A stretch of DNA of 64,000 nt from Podarcis cretensis (lineage: Eukaryota). The notes under the pieces were generated by a model. It saw only the letters and a program-made list of their open reading frames with translations, was not told the DNA's origin and made no database searches. Positions 39,805-49,783 of the stretch are shown here, piece by piece. The translations under genes were made by a program, and so were the position numbers. Numbering within the stretch: position 1 is the stretch's first letter; every line of letters begins with the position of its first letter. The DNA lies in NCBI GenBank assembly GCA_951804945.1, contig OX638155.1, positions 5,580,001-5,644,000 on the forward strand, read 5' to 3'.

Positions 39805-40159
39805 AGGTAAAGGTAAAGGGACCCCTGACCATTAGGTCCAGTTGTGGCCGACTCTGGGGTTGCGGCGCTCATCTCACTTTACTGGCCAAGGGAGCTAGCG
39901 TAAAGCTTCCGGGCCATGTGGCCAGCAGGACTAAGCCACTTCTGGCGAACTATAGCAGCACACGGAAACGCTGTTTACCTTCCCGCAGGAGTGGTACCTA
40001 TTTATCTACTTACACTTTGACGTGCTTTCGAACTGCTAGGTTGGCAGGAGCTGAGACCGAGCAACAGGAACTCACCCCGTCGCGGGGATTCAAACCACCG
40101 ACCTTCTGATCGGCAAGTCCTAGGCTCTGTGGTTTAACCCACAGTGCCACCCGCGTCCC
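39805..40159 (-). mobile_element. Full-length Sauria SINE with target-site duplication
   Basis: Minus strand begins gggacgcgggtggcactgtgggttaaacc and ends in (accttt)n. 14-bp direct repeat ttgttatggtttaa at 39791-39804 and 40162-40175. Confidence 0.93.
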
Positions 40160-40302
40160 TGTTGTTATGGTTTAACTTCTAGTAATTATGAATGAAATGG
40201 AAGAGTGCGGTGAATTTGAGTTTTCCGTACTAATGTAGATATCAATAATAAGGTAACAGCAATTCAATGTAAGACCCCATGTAAGAAAGTGCAAATAAAT
40301 CT

Positions 40303-40305
<3 letters not shown>

Positions 40306-40354
<49 letters not shown>

Positions 40355-41512
40355 TATTATTTTTCCAATTTTAAGACAAAACAGCATACACACATCAACA
40401 AACAAAAACAAACACACAGATATAATTTCATAACCTCATTTTCATAAGCCTTCTTTCTCGGACTTCCCCATACCTCACCCTTTTTGCATCCATATTTTAC
40501 AATTTTTCAGCAACCCTTTACTCCAATTAATTAAAACTTATTATCTTTCTCAATTTCATCTTATTTCAACAAACAATTTCCGCTGCAATTCTGTATCTTC
40601 CTTTCCCTTGACATTTTAGCACTCATCAATATTGTAACAGTTCTTAAGATAAGCTTTGAACTTCTTCCAGTCTTCCTCCACCGTCTCTTTCTCTTGGTCA
40701 CGGATTCTGCCAGTCATTTCTGCCAATCCCATAAAGTCAATCACTTTCGTCTGCCATTCTTCCAGTGTGGGGAGTTCTTGTGTCTTCCAATACTTTGCTA
40801 GAAGGATCCTTGCTGCTGTAGTGGCGTACATAAAAAAAGTCCTGTCCTTCCTTGACACCAATTGGCCGACCATGCCCAAGAGAAATGCCTCTTGTTTCTT
40901 GTGAAAGGTACATTTAAGTACCTTCTTAATTTCATTATAGATCATTTCCCAAAAGGCTTTAATCTTTGGGCAGGTCCACCAAAGGTGAAAGAAGGTACCT
41001 TCAGTCTCATTACATTTCCAGCATTTATTATTGGGCAGATGATAAATCTTCGCAAGCTTGACTGGGGTCATGTACCACCTATAAATCATTTTCATAATAT
41101 TTTCTCTTAAGGCATTGCTTGCCGTGAATTTGATACCGGTGGTCCATAACTGTTCCCAGTCAGCAAACATAATGTCATGACCAATGTCCTGTGCCCATTT
41201 AATCATGGCTGATTTAACTGTCTCATCTATTGTATTCCACTTCAGCAACCGATTATACATTCTTGATACATTCTTAGTATTGGGTTCTAACAATTCTGTT
41301 TCCAATTTCGATTTCTCCACCTGGAAGCCAATTTTCCTGTCTTGTTTAAATGTTTCCATTATTTGGTAGTAATGAAGCCAATCTCGTACCTTGGGCTTTA
41401 ATTTCTCAAAACTCTGTAGTTTAAACTCACCGCTTTCTTGTTCTAAAATTTCAGAATATTTTGGCCATTTGGATTCCATGTTAAGTTTCTTCACCTCCTT
41501 AGCCTCCATAGG
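40306..41512 (-). mobile_element. 5'-truncated L1-clade LINE: ORF2 C-terminus, 3' UTR, AATAAA and (TA)n tail
   Basis: ORF 40616-41557(-) contains the CCHC knuckle CWKCNETEGTFFHLWWTCPK and the L1-type C-terminus AFLLG..TAARILLAKYWK. Minus-strand AATAAA at 40353-40358, followed by (TA)n. The frame is uninterrupted, suggesting a young insertion. Confidence 0.85.
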
Positions 41513-42373
41513 CTTAAAACCCTTACCTCCAGAATTTGGCAGATTGTAAAGATTCAACTGTAAGGACTTGTAAGGAAACTATAATCAAAAGCACAGAAAA
41601 TAGCACTTCTGAAAGACAGAGGGAGCAGACGCTAGATGAATACTGTTATATGAGTCAGCATTGTGATGCTGTGGCGCAAAAGAGCTGGACCATGTGTAGT
41701 TTGCATTTACAGGAGAACTCTTGGAGTAGCCAGATTCCTACTAGGGACTGAGAAGAACTGTTCTGGATACATGCATTCCGTAAATGCTGATTGACAGACA
41801 TCTAACAACTTAGGAAAGATTCAAAAAAGAATTATTCCAGCCCTTCTGCTGAAGAAAATAATTATAATAAATAAATTTTCAGAAAATGATTAATTAAGCA
41901 TCCCTTAGTTTGCCTTTTTCATATAAAAAAAGTTTTAGAATGTTTTACTTTGAAATTATTTTACAAGTTCCCTCCCCTCATAATGTGAGGAATTCCTAGT
42001 AGATGCTGTGATGTATTAAGCCTTGAAAATGTTTTTAAAATACTATATATATTTAGGCGTCAATGTTCCAAGAGCTAGGGAAAATGCATGGAAACATAAG
42101 ATTTTCATGACTTTCATCTAACATTAGGATTCCTATGTACAAATTTCCATACTTGTTTATGCGGTAACTGTGGAGTTGCACATTACATACCTATGTAGAA
42201 AACTTAATCTTACCAAGGGAGGTTATTGGGGTTCTCTCCTTTTCTAGCGAATAAGAATCCACTACTACGCTTAGAAAGGATAACTTGGTGTTTCATGATA
42301 AATTAAAATAAATACTCACTTGGTTTTGTTTATCTGTGAAACAGTGTGCACATCTGCAGCATTCCCGCTTATG

Positions 42374-42505
42374 TGGGATACTTCAGTCAGTAGAGTATGA
42401 GACTCTTAATGTGGGTTTGAGCCCCATGTGGGACAAAAAGTTTCCTGAATTGCAAGGGATTGGACTAGATCACCTTCGTGGTGCCTTCAAAATCTGTGAT
42501 CCTAT
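42374..42505 (+). mobile_element. tRNA-Lys-derived SINE with CR1-like tail, degraded
   Basis: tcagtcagtagagtatgagactcttaat..gtgggtttgagccccatgt (tRNA-Lys-like head with an internal deletion), then gggattggactagatcacc...ccttc. Confidence 0.6.
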
Positions 42506-42634
42506 TACCGGTATATGTCTTGTGTATTGACGCAAATAAATGCATTAAATTGATAGAGCAAGGAAACACGAGCATGACATTTAGTGATAAAACGGGTTAG
42601 TAATTAATTTGTGCATTGTATTTAAATATTTCTC

Positions 42635-42636
<2 letters not shown>

Positions 42637-42673
<37 letters not shown>
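42637..42673. repeat. (TA)n microsatellite
   Basis: Read directly from the sequence. Ends about 45 bp upstream of the V8 CSE. Confidence 0.97.
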
Positions 42674-42675
<2 letters not shown>

Positions 42676-42718
42676 AGTTGGATATACAATGAGAATCGAA
42701 ACAAAAAAATGTAGTGTG

Positions 42719-42760
42719 TGCAGTTCCTGGCTGTGACTCTGAGTGTCGCTGTTGACCAAC
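42719..42760 (+). promoter_or_regulatory. CSE/CTCF site of V8 (CGCT)
   Basis: tgcagttcctggctgtgactctgagtgtCGCTgttgaccaac. Confidence 0.85.
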
Positions 42761-42945
42761 CAAGGCTAAGAAATACACTGAGAAATTCAGCCTTCCCAGA
42801 TGAGCAGCTCAGCTCAGAAAATGCTGAGAGATCAGAGTTTCAGTGAACATTTTTGCGTTGGGAATCTCAGCTGCAAGTCCCTTTCTGGCAACACTCCGTC
42901 ATCCTGAAACACAGATCTCTTCAACAGCTTCTTATCAGACCAGGA

Positions 42946-45357
42946 ATGGCAACAGCAAAGTATCCTCAAGCTTGCAAAAGGAGAGTTTTCTTTTTATTTC
43001 TGTTTGCTAACATCTGCCAAGCCATCACCAGACAGATCCAGTACTCCATTCCTGAAGAAACTGAGAGAGGCTTTTTGGTGGGGGATATTGCAAGGGATCT
43101 TGGACTGGATGCAAAGAAGCTCTCAGATCGTGGAATTCGCATTGTTTCCCCAGGTAGGACTCAGTATTTTGCTTTGAATTATAAGAGTGGCCATTTGCAC
43201 ACCACAAAGAGAATAGACAGAGAGGAGATCTGTGGTCAGGAAGAGAAATGCATTTTGAATTTTGAGATTATAGTTGAAGATTCAATGAAAATTTATGGAG
43301 TTGAAGTGGAAGTCACAGATATCAATGACCATGCGCCCACCTTCCCGTCAGAGAAACTAGTGATAAATATCAGCGAGAATGCAGCTTTGGGGTCCCAGTT
43401 TCCCCTCTTGGAAGCTCAAGATCCTGATTTAGGAAACAATTCTCTACAGGGGTACAAACTCAGCAACAATAGCCATTTTTCTTTGATTCTCCAAACATCA
43501 GTTAAGGGCAAACAATATGGAAAAATTGTGTTGGAAAGACCTCTTGACCATGAAAAAGAAGCAGTTCATAATTTTATCATCACCGCATATGATGGTGGTG
43601 ATCCAGTCAGGAGTGGCACTGCACAGCTGCACATTACAGTCCTGGATGTGAATGACAATGCACCAATTTTTAGCCAACACATTTATGAAGTGAGCGCAAG
43701 GGAGGATTTACCTATAGGAACCATTGTGGTTACATTAAAAGCTACTGATTTGGATGAAGGGACCAACAAAGAAATGACATTTTTATTTGCAAAAATCACG
43801 GAAAAGATTTCCCAGATATTTCACTTAGATACACACACAGGTGAGATAACTCTCATAGGAAGCTTAGACTACGAAGACTCTGCTCTTTATGAAATGGAGG
43901 TCCAAGTCCATGATAGTGGAGGTCTATTTGACACTTCAACTGTCATAGTATTTGTTACTGATGTAAATGACAATGCACCCAAACTGGAAATAACTTCACT
44001 TATCAGCTCCATCCCTGAGAACTCTCCACCAGCGACTGCAATAGCCCTTTTGAATGTGCAAGATGAGGATTCAGCAGAGAATGCAGAAGTCACGTGCTCT
44101 ATCCCCAGCAACCTCCCCTTTCTACTGACAAAAGCCTATGGCAACTACTACAGTTTGGTGACAGCAAGAGCCCTGGACAGAGAGCAGGTAGCAGCCTACA
44201 ACATCACTGTCACAGTCACAGATCACGGGACCCCTCCACTTTCCACATCAATTGTTATTCCACTTGAGCTTTTAGACACAAATGACAACCCTCCACACTT
44301 CCTGCAATCCATTTATACTTCATATTTAATGGAGAACAACCCAAGAGGGGCCTCCATATTTTCCCTGAAGGCTGATGATCCAGACTGTGGAGAGAACTCC
44401 AGAGTCACTTATTCCATCATTGAGCACAACATCAGTGACTCCCCAGTATCTTCCTTCCTCTCCATTAACTCTGAGACTGGGATTGTCTATGGCCTGATCT
44501 CTTTTGATTATGAAGAGATGAGGGAGATGAAGTTCCTGGTCAAGGCCCAGGATGGAGGCTCTCCGCCACTCAGCTCCAACGTCTCAGTGACTCTCTTCAT
44601 CCTGGACCAGAATGACAATGCTCCCCAAATCCTTTACCCTTCCCCTCCCACTGACGGCTCCACAGGGATAGAGCTGGCCCCTCGCTCCTCAGAGCCAGGC
44701 TACCTGGTCACTAAGGTGGTGGCCATGGATGCGGACTCTGGCCAGAATGCCTGGCTCTCCTACCAGCTGATCAAGGCCACTGAGCCAGGGCTCTTCACTC
44801 TGGGGCTCCACACAGGAGAGATCAGGACAGCCCGCTTCTTTCTGGAGAAAGATGCCCTCAAGCAAAGCCTGGTGGTTTTAGTCAAGGACAATGGGCAGCC
44901 ACCTCTCTCTGCTTCAGCCACTCTGACTGTGGTGCTGGCTGACGCCATCCCTGCAATCCTCTCAGACCTGAGCAGCATCTCAGCTCCTGTAGAGCCTCCA
45001 TCTGACCTCACCTTCTACCTGGTCCTTGCAGTGGCTTTTGTCTCCTGCTTGTTCTTCATCTTCCTCCTTGTGTTACTGGCAGTTAAACTTCATAGGTGGA
45101 GATATTCACAGTCTGGAACTGAGAAGTTTAGTGGAGTTCCAGTTTCCCAGTTTGTGGGGATTGACGGAGTCCGAGCATTTCTGCACTCCTACTGCCAGGA
45201 GGTTTCTCTCACTACAGACTCTAGGAAGAGCAATTTTGGATTTCCAAAGAGAAATATTTCCAATACTATGACCAGTCACCAGCCCTGTGAGATAAATTAT
45301 CCCTTTCTCATTGCTGAAGAGATTGCAAACAGTAATGGGGATTCAGCCAATATACAG
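42946..45357 (+). CDS. PCDHGA: Protocadherin gamma-A-like variable exon V8 (ORF to 45408)
   Basis: The ORF track starts at TTG 42853; ATG 42946 has a good context (ggaATGg). Six EC plus TM, gamma-A cytoplasmic motif. Phase-0 donor CAG|GTGAAG at 45357/45358. Confidence 0.93.
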
Positions 45358-46579
45358 GTGAAGTCTTGCTATCAAATCAAAGGTTTTTTGCTTTATATTT
45401 TCAGTTAGACGTTAATGCCATTTATATTATTTGTTTTGTACTTGTTCTGAAGAAATGGAACTGGAGACATATTCTCTCATTTATACTTGTTCTCTTCAGA
45501 TAAAATGAGGTTTGGGAGTTCACATAGTTCACCTTTTGTATATGTGGTTGTTTCTGTCACAAGCAAATGCATGTAGAAATAGGAGAATTGTAAACAGCTT
45601 GTCCCACAAGAGCTTAAGCGCTTATAGAGCAACCATGAGACAAATATTTGAGATATTCATATATTTTCTTGTTCAGCAATTTTTGCATGATTGTGATGGT
45701 TATCTTGTTTTAATTGAATGCTTCTTTCGGAGCTTCTTTCTTGACCTTCTTGCCTCTTAGAAAGGTTATTTAGTTCTCAAAGAATAGTATCTGTGGGAAA
45801 TCCAGGCTTCCCAAAATATTTGAACTTTGATTTACTGCCTTCTAATTCTGTGTCTGAAATAGTATATGTCTTTACTCATTGGATAAATCAGTTGTGTGTT
45901 TACTAAACAGGGTCAATAATCTACCTAATTAGTATTATCCAGCCTTATGAGCAGTAGGTAACAGCTCAGGTGTTTCTCAGCCTAGTTTTGTTAGATGTTT
46001 TAAAAAACTTGAGATATCAGGAATTAAACCTGTATACTAAGTAAGAACTCATCTAGTTTATTGGCCAAGTATGTGAGCTGAAAGGCATGAAATTTGTAAT
46101 TTGAATTTTGGCTCTTTTTGGTGACATTAAATGATTTATTGCATTTAAAAATGGAAATAGTTCCCTTGGATGGGGCAGCAAAAGCAGGGTTGCAAGAAAA
46201 ATCCTAACCCACTTCGTTATTTGCAGTGAGAAGAAGAATGGTCCCATTGATATTCTCTGCACCCGTGTCATGATCCTGCTCCCCCAGTGACATCTATTTC
46301 CATTAAGAATGCATTCTCATTCAATGTAATAAAACATTTAAAGCCACATATACTTTTGCCCTCATTAGGCATGTCACTTTTTCTCATTCTCAGCTGCAAA
46401 TCTGTAATACCAGCGCAATAAATAACACTGGCCTAACACTCAGAAGTGCCATATAATGGCCAAGTATTGTCTCTGCCAGTGGGGAATGGCTTCCTGCCCT
46501 TTCCCTTCCCTTGGTTCAGTCTCCCAGAATTTCATCATATAGAAAACAATGGTGTGTTAAAGATTAGTGTAGTAGGATA

Positions 46580-46912
46580 TTGTTGTTGTTGTTGTTTGGT
46601 CGTTTAGTCGTGACCCCATGGACCAGAGCACGCCAGGCACTCCTGTCTTCCACTGCCTCCCGCAGTTTGGTCAAACTCATGCTGGTAGCTTCGAGAACAC
46701 TGTCCAACCATCTCGTCCTCTGTCGTCCCCTTCTCCTTGTGCCCTCCATCTTTCCCAACATCAGGGTCTTTTCCAGGGAGTCTTCTCTTCTCATGAGGTG
46801 GCCAAAGTACTGGAGCCTCAGCTTCACAATCTGTCCTTCCAGTGATCACTCAGGGCTGATTTCCTTCAGAATGGATAGGTTTGATCTTCTTGCAGTCCAT
46901 GGGACTCTCAAG
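46580..46912 (-). mobile_element. Bov-B (RTE clade) LINE 3' fragment
   Basis: Minus ORF KLRLQYFGHLMRREDSLEKTLMLGKMEGTRRRGRQRTRWLD...AWRALVHGV, diagnostic of the Bov-B C-terminus. (CAA)n tail. Confidence 0.92.
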
Positions 46913-47860
46913 GCAAATTTATTTCACATTTTGAGCAATAATATTTGGCATCATCTGAGAGTCTAAAGAGGTCAGGCAGGTATTTTAATAAGCCAGTGAT
47001 GATACACAAAGCAATCCAACCCCCATTTCCACTGAGCCAGGGAACGGAGTTGGATTAGGCAGAGAGGTCCCCCTGCCTGGCTCTCTCAGCTCAGCTGACA
47101 TGACCTTCTACCTGCTGGATGTGCAGGAGCCAATGGAGAGCCCCAAATGGGGCATTCTGAGGGCAGGGACATGGCTGAGCTGGCCCAGTAACTGCTGCAT
47201 CCTGAGTCAGTCTTGCTGCAGTCATGCAACAGACTCGGACCAGATCATTCTGGATCCCCATATTCTGCCATGGCTAATGTGAACAGCAGGGCTGTGGATC
47301 TGGCAGTGGCCACATAACTCTACAAAGTCCCAATGGTGGGAGGGGGGTAGTTTTGATGTGTGTCCTGCTATAGTTGCCTCCGGTTAGCTCAACCCATATG
47401 TAATTGTATATTTATCATCCTTATATTTTGTATGATTTTTAAAAAACTTTCTGCAATATGAATAAGAGAAGCTATGAGAGCAATGAAAATCTTTCAGTTC
47501 TGGATGGAGTTAGATAACTTTATAAAGAATGTCACGCTTTTGTTGAATATGTCTGAACATGGCACAAGGCCCGTTTGCATTTCTATGATTTGTCTTAGGA
47601 GCAGCAAAGAGAGTTTCTTTGTTCGCTGAAATTGCATGGGGGTGCCACGCAGGATTGTTTTAGCTGTTGACAGGAAGTTACAACTCAATCTATCCCCACC
47701 ACCCAAAGCAAGCTACCTCCTAAAGACCACAGTGGCATATTTTCAATAAAACCTGCTAACAAAATTGCTCACATTGGTCCTATTTATACCTCAGAATCAG
47801 AAGATCTCCCTTCTAACACCTTAGACTGACAAATCTTTTATCACTCTGTCTCTTTTATCT

Positions 47861-48075
47861 GTTAACATTGGCAAGTCATTACCACTCCTTGAAGATTCGC
47901 CACTTTTTCCCTGAGGAAATGGAGGAAGGCTCTTCACTTGGAAGTATCACCAAGGATCAGCAACTACTGGTGATAAAGAAACTCTCAAACCATGAACCAT
48001 CCCACACTCTTTACCATGACAGGATTCAATTCTCTGCTTCAAATTAATGGCACAGTTTATTTGGGCAACACAGAT
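47861..48075 (+). pseudogene. Highly decayed gamma-A-like Pcdh relic (end of signal peptide plus start of EC1)
   Basis: From 47892 it translates KIRHFFPEEMEEGSSLGSITKDQQLLVIKKLSNHEPSHTLYHDRIQFSASN*, alignable to V1 [49 protein letters not shown]. Stop at 48045. Confidence 0.75.
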
Positions 48076-48586
48076 ATGTAATATGGTGGGGGAACGTTAA
48101 ATATACTGGTTATAACTGTACACAAGTATATTATATTAACAATGTCACCATATTACCAATAAAAAGTGGACATGAGTATCATCTTCATGTAAGCGAAACT
48201 ACGGTCCCAGATGCAATCTCAATTTTCACAGTACTATCTAAAAAGCCACTGAAAGTAGCTCTAGCCTCTGTGTTCCACTGCTGCCTTCTGACCCCTTTGC
48301 TGAAGACCTTGGAGAGAGCCACTGGCCTCCTCTGGGAGCTGCAGCCTCCTCAGTCAAAGTCCTAGTGCATGAAGAAGCTACACCCATTATTGACAAGGAA
48401 GGCAAAAGAGGACTCTTCCTTTGAATATGTCTGCAAAACTCTAACTGCCATCTCTGCCCACATCTACCATGAACTGAGGTTACTGAGAAGAGTAGCAGGG
48501 AAAAGAGAGCCCATACTTCACTTTGTTGTTGAAGGGAACTGAGTGAAGCGGGGGGGAATTATCCAGAAGTTTATCCACACCTAGTA

Positions 48587-48865
48587 CAGTGGTGCCCCGC
48601 AAGACGAATGCCTCGCAAGACAAAAAACTCGCTAGACGAAAGAGTTTTCCGTTTTTTGAGGTGCTTCGCAAGACAAATTTCCCTATGGGCTTGCTTCGCA
48701 AGACGAAACGTCTTGCGAGTTCTTGCGAGTTTGTTTCCTTTTTCTTAAAGCCGCTAAGCCGTTAATAGCCGCTAAGCCGTTAATAGCCGTGCTTCGCAAG
48801 ACGAAAAAACCGCAAGACAAAGAGACTCGCGGAACGGATTAATTTTGTCTTGTGAGGCACCACTG
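48587..48865. mobile_element. Tc1/mariner (Tigger-like) MITE
   Basis: TA TSD. TIRs cagtggtgccccgcaagac / gtcttgtgaggcaccactg. Internal cgcaagac repeats and a tandem gccgctaagccgttaata. Confidence 0.9.
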
Positions 48866-49044
48866 TATCTCAAAGGGCCTTCCACTGCATTTAAAAAGGG
48901 ATAGTTTGTGCTTCTTTTGCATGTATGTGTAAGGGGAATAATGAAAATCTGCCAGAGCCACCAATCCCATTTTGAAAGGGAGCTGGATTGAGGCCAGTTA
49001 GAAAATAAATGAAATCTATTCATAACCAAACATTATGAGTGTAG

Positions 49045-49222
49045 TTACAGGTAGGTAACTGTATTGGTCTGCCGTAGTTGAAACAAAATAAAAAAATTCC
49101 TTCCAGTAGCACCTTAGAGACCAACTAAGTTTGTTATTGGTATGAGCTTTCGTGTGCATGCACAAAGAAGTGTGCATGCACGTGAAAGCTCATATCAATA
49201 ACAAACTTAGTTGGTCTCTGAG
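49045..49222. mobile_element. Penelope-like element remnant with long inverted repeat
   Basis: cagtagcaccttagagaccaactaagtttg...gagctttcgtgtgcatgcaca and its inverse form ~49-bp arms (49116-49164 / 49171-49219), the usual structure of squamate Penelope-like remnants. Confidence 0.6.
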
Positions 49223-49470
49223 TGTAGTTTATTTTATTTTTGTTTTATTTATATTGCTGTTTTGGACCTGTACCCCACCCTGGAAGCCTTTGTTGCTGAA
49301 AGGGTGGACAATAAAAGTAATAAGTAATAAATATGCTAAACAAAGGTGAAACAAGGAAAAGCTTTTTCAAATGCCCCACTTGCAGTTGGCTAAAGAGAAA
49401 GTTCACATTGTAGAAACATGTACATTCTTTCAGTTCCATCTTTCTATGTTATGGTGAACATGGTTTTCCT

Positions 49471-49512
49471 TGCAGTTCCTTGAGTGGTCCTCCAAGTGTC
49501 AGTGTTGGCCAG
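49471..49512 (+). promoter_or_regulatory. CSE/CTCF site of V9 (CAGT variant)
   Basis: tgcagttccttgagtggtcctccaagtgtCAGTgttggccag (one difference from V4/V6). Confidence 0.8.
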
Positions 49513-49783
49513 TATGAGAGCCAGAGAGAGGATAGAGATCCAGTGATGCTTCCTAGACTGCAGTAACTCCCATCCCTGCTATTCAGATCAAGCCAACTGA
49601 AGAGCACAGAGACAGGGAACTCTTGCAGAGAAGGAAAAATCTCTTTTGCTTTGCACACATATGAGAACAAGGGCAATTTATTCTTCCTCAGTGATACCTC
49701 ATGTTGTTTCCTGCATCACTGTGAGAGCTTGAGCATAGGAAACTGAGAAAAGGAAGCAGCCTGTTTTTGAGAGAACCAGCCAG

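Noticed and set aside
40616-41557. 313-aa minus-strand ORF as a host gene
   Set aside because: It is an L1 ORF2 C-terminal fragment with 3' UTR and tail.
42374-42440. tRNA-Lys gene
   Set aside because: The anticodon-arm/variable region is deleted and it is fused to a CR1-like tail, so it is a SINE head.
13409-42945. ORF-track starts at GTG/TTG (13409, 26098, 36960, 42853)
   Set aside because: Non-ATG starts from a prokaryote-style ORF caller. The downstream in-frame ATGs give normal leaders.
47720-47745. Possible degenerate CSE (gaccacagtggcatatt) upstream of the EC1 relic
   Set aside because: Weak match, no clear upstream TGCAG motif, and spacing shorter than in intact genes.
48587-48865. 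CRISPR-like spaced cgcaagac repeats
   Set aside because: Eukaryotic context, irregular spacing, and enclosed by TIRs and a TA TSD: a MITE.
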